This document shows positions 1-11,124 of a stretch of DNA of 64,000 nt, in pieces. The stretch lies in contig NIVC01000414.1 in the NCBI GenBank assembly GCA_002269645.1, positions 496,001 through 560,000 of the forward strand, written 5' to 3'. The notes under the pieces are model-generated. The model saw only the letters and a program-made list of their open reading frames with translations, made no database searches and was not told the DNA's origin. Both the position numbers and the translations under genes were made by a program. The stretch is from Macrostomum lignano (lineage: Eukaryota). Within the stretch, counting starts at the first letter, position 1; each line of letters starts with the position of its first letter.

Positions 1-483
1 ATGCAAAAGATTCCCGATACCCAGTGAAAAATGCATTTGCTGTGGGAAGCAGAGCACTAAAAGCGATTCGAATTGAGCGACATTGAAGACGAGAGTGAGA
101 GACAGCTCTCGGCCAATGAGTCACTGTTGGAGGCCTCTTTCACAAAAGTTAGAAAATACTCACAAGGATTTATTTTTGTAAATTTGCTGGTACTTCGTAT
201 TTCTACACTTTCTGGCTGGGCATCAAAAAGATTTAATTTAGGACAGATCTTTATTTTCTACGTGGTGGACATTTGAAAATACAGCAGATTAAAAATCGGA
301 TCGAACATTTTCACCATGCACACTTTGCATATTAATTATAGATTTGAGTTGTGCGAAAGTGGAGCAGCTCTAATCGCTGGCGTCTGGAATGCAAAATTCT
401 GAGAGTGTCTTGAATAAATATTTGGGTCAAGAACTTTTAACAAGAAACTACTTCACGAGCTAATTCACTAAATCATGACTTAG

Positions 484-1177
484 TATCGCTTTTGACGCTC
501 TAGATAAGACTTTAGACATTCAAAATAAGACTGCATAGGATCGCAAGCAAGGCCAGGCTAGCCACGGCCAGAGCATGCCCAGTCTTGGCTGCAGGAATGG
601 CTTGGCCATAGACTAAAAAATGGAATATCAAAATGAGAATAAGACGCTCAATATGAGACTGAGTGTGAAAGCCTTCAGATATCGCTCTAACCCTCTGACC
701 CTCAGCCAGCTCTCCTTCTTCACCCCTTGGGTTGCATCTGACCCCTTGGATTTCACTGTGATGGCACCATCGATTCCTGCAGCAGACCGTCAGCGTCTGA
801 TCGACGCAGTAAACAATGGATCAACCATCCAAGCTGCCGCTCAAATTCTCAAGATCAAGAGAGCGTCCGCCTTTAGGATCGCTGCGGACTAAATGGACTA
901 AACATTTCGATATGCTATTCTGCTTCTTGTTTATTGCCTAATTTCTCCTTAGCTGTTTGTATGGTGACTGCCAAAAAGCAAATAAATTACGTTCACTCCC
1001 GGTCTCATATTGAGCGTCTTATTCACATTTTGATATTCCATTTTTTAGTCTATGGCCAAGCCATTCCTGCAGCCAAGACTGGGCTTGCTCTGGCCGTGGC
1101 TAGCCTGGCCTTGCTTGCGATCCTATGCAGTCTTATTTTGAATGCCTAAAGTCTTATCTAGAGCGTCAAAAGCGATA
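484..1177 (+). mobile_element. Internally deleted Tc1/IS630/mariner-like DNA transposon (long-TIR MITE-like derivative)
   Basis: 176-bp near-perfect inverted repeats at 484-659 and 1002-1177, with an outermost TA at both ends (likely TA target duplication). The interior has ATG 761-892 encoding MAPSIPAADRQRLIDAVNNGSTIQAAAQILKIKRASAFRIAAD, which resembles the first helix-turn-helix of IS630/Tc1 transposases. No DDE domain is present. Confidence 0.75.
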
Positions 1178-1376
1178 TTTGTTAAAGTGTTTGAATTGAA
1201 GTTCTGCTTGTTTCTTTTGAACAAGACTTTGTTCAAAATAGGAGGTAAAATGGTGTATACAATCTACCATTGTTTAGCAATTTGACGATCATTATTCACA
1301 TTTTTAATGCAGAACAATCCATTACTACAAACAATGCATTGTCTGTAGGATCGTTAAACAGAAAAACAATGCAAAG

Positions 1377-1475
1377 AATCAGCGGTCCCAGTGCGTGACA
1401 ACGATTGTCTGGCGAGCGCTCCGGCGATTCCGGCGCTCGCCAGACAATCGTTGTCACGCACTGGGACCGCTGATT
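1377..1475. other. Perfect 43-bp inverted repeat (hairpin/cruciform) with a 13-nt loop
   Basis: 1377-1419 AATCAGCGGTCCCAGTGCGTGACAACGATTGTCTGGCGAGCGC is the exact reverse complement of 1433-1475. Confidence 0.9.
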
Positions 1476-2106
1476 ATTTATCCATTGTTAGTATCGGCTT
1501 GTGTGTGCGTCGGTATGCTGTCTTTTGCCAAACCCATAGAGTTGTAATGAGCAAAGGCAGCGTTAAAGAATAAATAAAAAAGAACGAAAGAAGGCAAAGT
1601 AAGCCCGCGAGAGCATGCAGCTTGATTGTCAAGTGAAAGTGATTCAATAATCGACTCCGAGCTAACATGCATGCTTTCAACTTGCAAGCCTATTTCTATT
1701 ACACTAATTTAATAAGTAGCAATTTACTGGGACAATACTATAGCTAATACGTACAATAGTCACTGTTTTAACACTTGGAAAACCATTGATTTGTATCTGG
1801 AGACATGGCTCAGTTCCTTCAGGCGTGTCAACAGGCAGTAGCTGTTCAATGAATGCATTATCTCAGAGGCAGCCAACTAAACCATCTCTTCATCGACACA
1901 TTGCGCTAATTGTATCGACTTTGGAAGCCATTCTATTCAGACCAGCAAACTCACCTTTCTGCTTCTGCATGTAAGTGACAATATAGTAACTGATGCTTTG
2001 TCGAATTTTAAGGACTGCTGAGGCACGGAGTAATTGGAACTGCAAATGATCAGCATAAATTGTTATAGGATATGTTTTGCCATGGTCTTTGTCCACATTC
2101 CATTTC

Positions 2107-2160
<54 letters not shown>

Positions 2161-2490
2161 AGAATACGCAGTTAGCGTCACAGGGTGCGCTTCAAGGCCA
2201 GGCCGCGAATGAACGCCACGCAGCCGGCCGAATCTGGGGCGCCGGCGCCAGCCAGCAGGCAGTTGATGAAATGCCGAGTGCGCGACTGCCCCCGCCGGTA
2301 GGGTGCCTGCAGCGTTAGCAGCAGCACCTCCTGCTCCGGCTCTGGGCAGTGCGACTCGGCGCGGATGATGTGGCCTGCCAGCTGGAGTCGCCGACGGCGC
2401 AGCAGGTCGCTTGGACGGACCAGGCCGGCGCGGCGATACAAAGCCGCGTTGGTCACTCGATCGTAGCCGATCTTGAAGGCGGCGCGTAGC
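2107..2490 (-). mobile_element. 5'-truncated RTE-like non-LTR retrotransposon 3' end with (TTG)n tail
   Basis: ORF 2178-2492(-) LRAAFKIGYDRVTNAALYRRAG...RRRRLQLAGHIIR resembles the C-terminal post-RT region of RTE-type LINEs. It is followed by a (TTG)n tail, seen as (CAA)n at 2107-2158 on +. Homologous to 57395-58020. Confidence 0.75.
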
Positions 2491-2502
2491 ACTCTACTTC
2501 AC

Positions 2503-2903
2503 TCCATTTCATTTCATTCCATTCCATTTCATTTCATTCCATTCCATTTCATTTCATTCCATTCCATTTCATTTCATTCCATTCCATTTCATTTCATTCC
2601 ATTCCATTTCATTTCATTCCATTCCATTTCATTTCATTCCATTCCATTTCATTTCATTCCATTCCATTTCATTTCATTCCATTCCATTTCATTTCATTCC
2701 ATTCCATTTCATTCTATTCCATTCCGTTCCATTCCATTCCGCTCCATTCCATTCCATTCCATTCCATTTCATTCCATTCCGCTCCATTCCATTCCATTCC
2801 ATTCCATTTCATTCCATTCCGCTCCATTCCATTCCATTCCGCTCCATTCCATTCCATTCCGCTCCATTCCATTCCATTCCGCTCCATTCCATTCCATTCC
2901 ATT
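2503..2903 (+). repeat. (CATTC/CATTT)n pentamer satellite with 20-bp higher-order units
   Basis: About 10 copies of ATTCCATTTCATTTCATTCC (2501-2710), then a switch to ATTCC/GCTCC variants. Confidence 0.95.
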
Positions 2904-3736
2904 AAACATTCAGCTAGCAAAATTCTGTTTGGCTCAAAGCCCCCTTCTCGAGAGTGGGCTCAGCATCCCTTTTATCATTCCATTTCTGAAATTCTTAACT
3001 TCCTCAATAATGAACAAGAAACAAAACTTATAATAAGTGTTGAGCCCGACAAAGAGCATCAGAATTTTTAGTTTGTTGATTTTACTGTAAAATAGACATA
3101 CTCGCACGTGTCAGTGTCAAGTTTTCTTACCTTAAATTAGCATATTTTCTAAGAATTACAATATACGAGCGTACAATACAAAATATGTATTGTTAAAATG
3201 GTCACTCTATGGGCATGGGTGAACAGGATGGTGTCTGAGCAATGTGTCTGTTGCTTAGATGTCCCTGGCAGGAATATATCAACTTTTGAAAGTTAAAAGC
3301 GCATCACCTGCAGGAATCTGACTGAATGTTAAATAGCCTTGGCAGACAAACTTCAACTCAGAAAAACAAATCAACCGAGCAAGATTTACTTTATGCTTGC
3401 ATTTCGATTCGAAAACATGGCATTTCACAACGTGGAAAGAATAGTCCTATTGTTAAACAGACAATGACTTATTGTTTCTGGTCGCATTGAATCTTCAGGG
3501 CGGATGCGAGCTCTGTGAAAGCGTAGACGTCTCAGGGTAGAATGAAAATCGTGCAGTGAAGGTCACCCTGGGCCCAGAAAACTGCATCCGGGTGCCCATT
3601 AGCTAAACACATTCATCAAATTAGGCGTGAAAAGAAGACGAAGACAAAAGCTTACAGTCTCTGTAGACGCCCTATGGCGTGACAGGGAAGTTAAGCTTCC
3701 GTCAGAGGCAGTGACTGACTACCGTAGAATTGCGAT

Positions 3737-3774
3737 GGGGCGGGGTTTGATTTCCTATTTGTTTATGTATAAAT
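3737..3774 (+). promoter_or_regulatory. Putative core promoter (GC box + TATA) of the 3888-4934 gene
   Basis: GGGGCGGGG at 3737-3745 and TATAAAT at 3768-3774, ~115 bp upstream of the ATG. An AATAAA overlaps the stop codon (4934-4939). Confidence 0.35.
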
Positions 3775-3887
3775 TTGCATAATTTTTCGCCCTAGAAGAA
3801 TAAATTTTCTCTCACATAGGCTTATGGTCTCTAAACTTTCATTATCGACAGAAGTTAGCTACTAGACATCAGCTTCATAGCTAAAAA

Positions 3888-4934
3888 ATGAAGAATCAAC
3901 CTATGGTGTTTGCGTTGCTACTCTTGGCATCGGCAGGATCTGTCAGCGCAGAAAGTATCAAGGTCAACTTCACCAGAAGCCCCATTTGCCCTTCCAACTC
4001 AAGTTTAAGTCGGCTGCTTGTACTGGAAGGTGCCCTGGACCCGAGAACCTGCTTCGTTGAGTGCGCGCTGTCGCAGAACTGCTCCGTGCTCTATCCATAC
4101 TCGCGTAGAGGCAGCTCGTACCTGTGCTACTTTGGTGACTCACAACAGCTACTCAACCTATTTTCATTCACCAATACATCTGGGTGCGTAAGTTACGTGA
4201 CGACCTTGCAATGGTCAAACGTCAGTGAGGACTCAACAGCTTCTGATCCAACGCCACCACCACCACCACCACCACCACCACCGGATCTTAGCCAAAGCAT
4301 TCTCTCGAAGCTGGTTATCTTCTACGACTTTCGAAAGAGCTACTTTAATCTCATGAACTCGTCAAAATACCTGACGACTTCTCATGGATCTTTGACTCGA
4401 GACGGCAACGGCGTAAATTTTCCTGGAAACAGCGATCAAGACTTTATCGAGGTGGACACCAATGGAAACACTCTCGCCTCGACTTACCTTGTCGAATCAA
4501 AGAAGTTTACTATATACACCAGAGCTACTCGCAAAAAAAGCCATCAAACGTACCACTACTTCTATGACTGCTCGAGCACAATCAACCGAGGTGAATTCTT
4601 TGAGGATGCCGAGGGAATTAAATTTGAGCACAACTTCTCGAACTCGTTTAGGTTTTACCAATCCTCTCATGGTGTTTCCAATCCTAGGGACTATCAGTTT
4701 GCCTCGGTTGGTGTTATTTTTAATGGCTCAATTGTAACCAACTTTTACGATTACGAAAACTTCAAGCCTGCCAATGGTGAGAGCTCAACTCTATCTGGTT
4801 CGCCGCTATGTTTGAGACTTGGATACAACAGTAATCCTCTGCATTCACTGAGTGGCCGGTTCATTTGCTATGCGATTGCCAATGACACCCTCACTGAGTC
4901 TGAGATCGGAGAAATCGGATTGTACTGTCGATAA
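3888..4934 (+). CDS. Secreted protein, 348 aa, intronless: signal peptide + PAN/Apple-like Cys domain + poly-Pro linker + LamG/ConA-like (pentraxin-like) domain
   Basis: Hydrophobic N-terminus (VFALLLLASAGSVSA). Cys pattern C..CFVECALSQNC..C..C. The C-terminal domain has LVIFYDF..GVNFPG..DFIEV..FTI..VGVIFNG..LRLGY..GRF..AIANDTLTESEI, matching the Laminin_G_3-type pattern by eye. A paralogue at 55433-56497 supports coding status. Confidence 0.85.
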   Translation: MKNQPMVFALLLLASAGSVSAESIKVNFTRSPICPSNSSLSRLLVLEGALDPRTCFVECALSQNCSVLYPYSRRGSSYLCYFGDSQQLLNLFSFTNTSGCVSYVTTLQWSNVSEDSTASDPTPPPPPPPPPPDLSQSILSKLVIFYDFRKSYFNLMNSSKYLTTSHGSLTRDGNGVNFPGNSDQDFIEVDTNGNTLASTYLVESKKFTIYTRATRKKSHQTYHYFYDCSSTINRGEFFEDAEGIKFEHNFSNSFRFYQSSHGVSNPRDYQFASVGVIFNGSIVTNFYDYENFKPANGESSTLSGSPLCLRLGYNSNPLHSLSGRFICYAIANDTLTESEIGEIGLYCR

Positions 4935-5560
4935 ATAAAATTCATTCCATCTGCTTGTACCCAGAGCGCTTGAAAAATTAAAGTTCTACAATCTAAAATA
5001 ACTATTAGAGCTCATGGAAGTTAAAAAAGACTAAAAAGTAATAACAAGTAATAAGTAATAAGTAATAAGTAACTAATAAGTAAGAATATGTAAAAGTCTA
5101 GAAACGGCTTTATGTTAAGGACTTTAAGGATTTTAGAAAGCACTGTCTGTCGGACTTTTAGCTTTCGTTTTATTTTACATGGCTTCAACACTTAACACTC
5201 TGAAGATTACTCGTATAATGCACAAAACACAAATGACTCAAAACTCAATCATCTATATAACTACTCTGTCTAAATTATAACCGATCGGTAATGGATGAAT
5301 GAAGACTTTTTTGTTAAACGCTAAAGTAAGTATACTGACTAGCAATCTACGCCCCCCGTTGGGGAGCCAAAGAAATGCAATACACGTTTTTTTAATAAGC
5401 TACATGTATCCTTGAAATCTTAAAAAAATCTCCTGTCAAACCTTGTAAGCCTTGACATGTCAGTAATTCCCCCCCACAAGCTTTAACATATCAACTTCCC
5501 CCCTTGACATCACAGCAATGCCCCCAATAAGCCTTGGAAATCTAAAAACTGTCAACCTTC

Positions 5561-5628
5561 TAACCCTAACCCTAGCCTAACCCTAGCCCTAACCCTAGCC
5601 CTAACCCTAACCCTAACCCTAACCTAAC
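5561..5628 (+). repeat. Interstitial telomere-like (CCCTAA/CCCTAG)n tract
   Basis: Direct reading. The paralogous tract is at 11756-11812. Confidence 0.9.
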
Positions 5629-6464
5629 ATTGAAATTTCAGTAATTCTCTCTAAGAGTCATTATAGCACTACTACAGCATTATAGCGATTCCCTGCAAGC
5701 CTCGACATCGTAGGGATTCCCAAATGAATCTCTTAACTTCGACATGAAGCTTCTTTTATTTTTTACATTACGCTTTTTTTATCAGCGATCCCTCCCCTGA
5801 GGAGGCATCAAATAATGTAATAAAAAGTTTTCAATAAACTACATGTAGCTTCTGACTTTAGCCTTGAAATCTCATTTATACCCCCGTGAGCCTTGACATC
5901 TCAGCTATTCCCCCCGTAAGCCTTGACATGTCAGCGATGGCCCCCATAAACCTTGAAATCTAAAAAATCCCCTGTTATTCTGTTAACCTTGAAACCCGAT
6001 AAAATATAACCCTCAACCCACACCTGACCTAAACCTAACTTTAACCCAACCTAAAGCCTTGAAATCTCAGCAATTCTTCTCCCCTAAGCCTTGACATTTT
6101 AGTGATTCCTTCTTTAAGAATCACAGCACTATAACGATTTCCACCAAGCTTTGACATCGTAGCAATTCCCAAATGAATCTTTTAACTTCGACATGACTTT
6201 TATTTTATGTATACATAGTGCTCCTTTTATTTTTTACATGACTCTTCTTTTATCAGCGACCCCCCCCGTGGCGAGCCAACAAAGAATGCAATAAAAAAAT
6301 TGAGTAAAGTACATGAACTTTAAAGTAGCTTATGACTTTTGCTTTGACATCTCAGAACCCCCCCCCGTAATCTCAGTTATTCTCTGAGAGCCTTTACGTC
6401 TCAGTTTTTCTCCCCAGCACAGCATTATAGCTGCATTTAATTTTTACATGACACCCTTCATGTC

Positions 6465-7430
6465 TGACATGACGCTTCTTTTATTCTACCATGATGCTTC
6501 TTAATTTTTTAAATGACACTTTCATTAGTTTTTAAATGAGGCTTCTATGATTTTTTCTTGACGCTTCTATGATTTTTATATGACGCTTCTATGATTGTTT
6601 ACATGACGCTTCTATGATTGTTTACATGACGCTTCTATGATTGTTTACATGACGCTTCTATGATTTTTTACATGACGCTTCTATGATTTTTATATGACGC
6701 TTCTATGATTGTTGAAATGACGCATCAATGATTTTTATATGACGCTTCTATGATTTTTTAAATGACGCTTTTATGATTGTTTACATGACGCTTCTTTGAT
6801 TTTTTACATGACGCTTCTATGATTGTTTACATGACACTTCTATGATTGTTTACATGACGCTTCTATGATTGTTACATGACGCTTTTATGATTGCTTACAT
6901 GACGCTTCTCTGATTTTTTAAATGACACTTCTATGATTGTTTACATGACGCTTCTATGATTGTTTACATGACGCTTCTATGATTTTTTAAATGACGCTTC
7001 TATGATTGTTTACATGACGCTTCTCTGATTGTTTACATGACGCTTCTATGATTGTTTACATGACGCTTTTATGATTGTTTACATGACGCTTCTATGATTG
7101 TTTACATGACGCTCCTATGATTTTTTACATGACGCTACTATGATTTTTTAAATGACGCTTCCATGATTTTTTAGATGACGCTTCTATGATTGTTTACATG
7201 GCGCTTCTATGATTGTTTACATGACGCTTCTATGATTGTTTACATGACGCTTCTATGATTTTTTAAATGACGCTTCCATGATTTTAAAATGACGCTTCTA
7301 CGATTTTTCACATGACGCATCTATGATTTTTATATGACGCTTCCATGATTTTTTAAATGACGCTTCTATGATTTTTTAAATGACGCTTCCATGATTTTTT
7401 ACATGACGCTTCTATGATTTTTACATGACG
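6465..7430 (+). repeat. 21-23-bp minisatellite (ATGACGCTTCTATGATTGTTTAC), array 1
   Basis: About 40 tandem variants. Boundaries are approximate. Confidence 0.95.
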
Positions 7431-8149
7431 TTTTTTTTAAAAAGTCTTTTAGTTTTCCTGACTTTGAAAAGCTTTAATTAAAAAAATTATACTCTATGAA
7501 AATTCGAACTATCGTCGCTGCATTTAGCAGTTCAGTTTGTTCACCTCTAGGCTAGCTCTCATCGTTTTGATAACATCAAATTTTGCACTTATATATAATT
7601 CAACAGTTTAAAATCCAAGCATAGAGTAAATCACACGAAGCAGTTATGACATAATCAGTTTCTCAGTCAGTCAGTATCAGTTAACAATATGGTTACGCAA
7701 TTTAAATCAAGTCTGGTGCTACGCTTCCACACTGCATTTTCAATTCAAGTCGGAGTTACAATTCAGTTATGATGCAATCTATTTCAGAATCAGAATTCAA
7801 CCAGTCAGTTTTTTCTCTAGCATTCTTACAATGCATTTCAAGTCAAAAAGTTTGCTTGACCTTTGCAAAAAAGCATGTTTTTCGAATATTTAATGCCTTT
7901 AGCATCGAGCAATTTCTTAGCCACGATGCATGTACAGTCACGGAAAAATTTCAGATCGAACAGTGCAAGCTCGAACAAAATCGGTCCAACCATAATTACC
8001 ATTTCCATTAATCAAAAATTACTTTTTCTTATTTTTGCAGAAACAAAAACTTATCGGCCAAAAGTTTCCATCAGCCCAAAACCTTTTTTTAATTAGCACA
8101 AGGTGCTTATCTTTTGAAGCACAAACTCAGCACCACTAACCTTAACAAC

Positions 8150-8725
8150 ACTTTTCCAAGATTAGCACCGCTGCTCAGATTAGCAACGCTCCTCAGATTA
8201 GCACTATTTACCTCCCCCCCCAGATTAGCACCGCTCCTCAGATTAGCACTACTTCCCCCCAGATTAGCACCGCTCCTCAGATTAGCAACGCTCCTCAGAT
8301 TAGCACTATTCCCCCCAGATTAGCACCGCTCCTCAGATTAGCACTACTTCCCCCCAGCTTAGCACCGCTCCTCAGATTAGCAATGCTCCTCAGATTAGCA
8401 CTACTTCCTCCCAGATTAGCACCGCTTCTCAGATTAGCAACGCTCCTCAAATTAGCACTACTTCCCCCCAGATTAGCACCGCTCCTCAGATTAGCACTAC
8501 TTCCCTCTAGATTAGCACCCCTACCCCTAAATTAGCACTCCAGATTAGCAACGCTCCTCAGATTAGCAACGCTCCTCAGATTAGCACTACTTCCCCCAAG
8601 ATTAGCACTACTTCCCCCCCAGATTTGCACTTCTCCCCCCAGATTAGCATCGCTCCTCAGATTAGCACTACTCCCGCCCAGATTAGCACCCCTACCCCTA
8701 AATTAGCACTCCACTCAGATTAGCA
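8150..8725 (+). repeat. CAGATTAGCAC-based 17-22-bp minisatellite
   Basis: Tandem CAGATTAGCA(C/A)CGCTCCT and CAGATTAGCACTACTTCCCCC variants. A related array is at ~9220-9620 and a short copy at ~53385-53460. Confidence 0.9.
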
Positions 8726-9219
8726 ACACTTTGCCAAGACTTTGTCAGTAATGGTTTCTGAAAATTAGCGCATACAATAGACTTGCACTGCTGTAGAAGA
8801 TTAATGCAGTCCCAGAATAATATAATTAAATGAACATTTCGAAAAATCTGCGTCAATCTGCATTGGAGGTGACATCAATGTTGTCACAAGTTTTGGGGAT
8901 AAATTTTCTACTTCAATGCAGACTCGAATTGCCCACCATCTGCTTTGCCTCTACAACGCGGCTATTTTCGAAGAGAAGCCTTTACTGCTCCCTTGAGAAT
9001 TCTCATTCATCCCCCAGCATTCTGCAGTTCTCCAAGCAAATATTTGAATTTTTTAAGGTAAAATCCAAGGTCACTAAAATTTTAAGGTGAAGAATTTTGC
9101 AAGTTTAAAAAAAACGCGATCAAATTTGATTGAGGCATTCAGTATTAAATGCGTCATTCACAAACAGACAAACAAAGGTAGGACTTTTAGTATATTAGAA
9201 AATTATATATTAGCACTAT

Positions 9220-9620
9220 TTCCCCAGATTAGCACCACTCCCCGGATTAGCACCATTCCCCCAAAAGTAGCACCACTTCCTTAGATTAGCACCACTCCCC
9301 AAAAATTACCACCACTTCCCCAGATCAGCACCACCCCCAGATTAGCACCACTCCCCAGATTAGCACTATTAGCACTCCCCAAAAATTACTTCCCAGCAAA
9401 ATTAGCACCAGTTCCCAAAAATTAGCACAGTTTTATACAAAATTAGCATCGCTCTCCCAGATTAGCACCGCTCCTCAGATTAGCATTACTGAGCCCCCAG
9501 ACTTCCCCCCCCAGATTAGCACCACTACCCCGAATAATTAGCACTCCGCCGCCCAGATTAGCAACACTTTGCCAAGATTAGCACTACTCCTCCAGATTAG
9601 CACCACTCTTCCAGATTAGT
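9220..9620 (+). repeat. Second, more degenerate CAGATTAGCAC minisatellite (part of a local duplication of ~8150-9030)
   Basis: Same core motif. The downstream spacer matches 8720-8830, and 10515-10640 matches 8905-9030. Confidence 0.85.
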
Positions 9621-9695
9621 AATGCTCTCTGCAAATTAGCACATACTCACAATAGATTGGCACTGATCTAAAATATTAATGCAGTCCCAGAATAA

Positions 9696-10468
9696 TATAG
9701 CCTTTTGCAGCTTATTTGGGCTTACACGCATTTTTAATTTAATCCAAGATACGTTTGCCAATGTAACAGAGCTTATTGTCTATGGTAGAAAGGCTGCCAC
9801 AGCGGCACTTAATTTAGTCCAACAAGCATCAATTTGGTCCAAATGCTTGTGAGCCAATGGCAAACTCTTGCCTTCTCGCAACCGCCTAAGGTTTGTTGCG
9901 CACCGCTGGAATGTCAGCGTCTGTACCAGCTAGCAATTTTCAGTCGCTTTTCCAGAGCTCTGCTGATAGTCCAAATCTGATAACCAACTGGAACTTTTCC
10001 TTCAACTTCTGCTGCATTTTCTGCTCCGTCAACAAAGGGTTCGTCTTAATTGCATTAAGTAGCAGTTGGAACTGAGTCTCTAGCAACTTGCCTTGGCGAT
10101 TGCCACCTTTCACAGGCGACCTATGCCAGAAGTGGTTTCAACACGCTGATGGATGCTGTAAATCATCTTTCTTCTACAATATATTCAGCAACCTTGCAAT
10201 GTCCTTTGGGTATTCACCTCTGTTGATTGCTTTGACCACAAGCCAGTGGCATTCGTTCGACGACCTAGCATGGTTCACAATTATGGAGCTGATCTGCTCC
10301 TCCGCAACAGTTGCAAATGAAGCTATGGACCAAATTGATGCTTGTTGGACTAAATTAAGTGCCGCTGTGGCAGCCTTTCTACCATAGACAATAAGCTCAT
10401 TTACTTTGGCAAATCAATTTGGATTAAATTAAATGCACGTAAGCCCGAATGGGCTGCAAAAAGCTATA
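9696..10468 (-). mobile_element. Second internally deleted Tc1/IS630-like element with a transposase HTH remnant
   Basis: ~145-bp inverted repeats at ~9695-9841 and ~10326-10469. The minus-strand interior translates, with a stop and frameshifts, to VVKAINRGEYPKDIARLLNI / RKMIYSI / KGGNRQGKLLETQFQLLLNAIKTNPLLT..KLKEKFQLVI / WTISRAL, a typical bipartite HTH. The paralogous empty TA site is at ~8815-8830. Confidence 0.8.
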
Positions 10469-11051
10469 TCATTCAATGAAAATTTCAAAATTTCAAAGTT
10501 ATAGGGATACTTTTCAGCTTCAATGCAGACTCCAATTGCCGACCATCTGCTTTGCCTCTACAACGCGGCTATTTTCGAAGAGAAGCCTATACTATTCCCT
10601 CAAGAATTCTCATTCATCCCCAAGCATTTTGCAGTTCTCTCGGCTGGCTCCTCAGTCTCAGCAAACTTGCAATGATCCTTTCAACAATTTAAAACATTTC
10701 TCAGCATTTAGTACGACTCATTAATCAGTGTTCGATACATATCGGCGGACTTTTGCACAACTCAGGATTTAGCTGTGCCTATGCCTTCAGCAGTTTAGCA
10801 GCATTGTCTGCATTTTAGCAATTTCATACTTTAAATGGAGCTAGGCAACACCCATTGATGAGATAAGCCAGACTTGAAGCAGTTTTACATATCAAATTTG
10901 CTTAGTGGCTTGTGCCGATTAGCAAAAATAATTAATTGCTTTACTTAATAAAAAATTTCAATCGCTATTAATCAATATTAATCGAAAGATGTTCTAATTA
11001 GTCCATGCATAAGTTACAAATAAATATAAATGAATTCAAATTTAATTGTTC

Positions 11052-11124
11052 GCAGTGAGGTGGACTCGAACCTGGGACCTTACGCCTAGCCTAAACCTAG
11101 TGCCTACATGCGGCTACTCCGCCT
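11052..11124 (-). pseudogene. tRNA-derived (SINE head or tRNA pseudogene) remnant
   Basis: Minus strand GGCGGAGTAGCCGCATGTAGG...CCCAGGTTCGAGTCCACC has an A-box-like and a clear B-box (GGTTCGAGTCC) motif. No convincing cloverleaf could be drawn. Confidence 0.4.

Noticed and set aside
2473-3033. 186-aa FHSIP-repeat ORF
   Set aside because: It is a translation of the pentamer satellite.
8905-9030. Duplicated segment (also 10515-10640) that reads like decayed coding sequence on the minus strand (ENCKMLGDE..RLLFENSRVVEAKQMVG)
   Set aside because: It has several stops and I do not recognise a family. It needs a tblastx search before any call.
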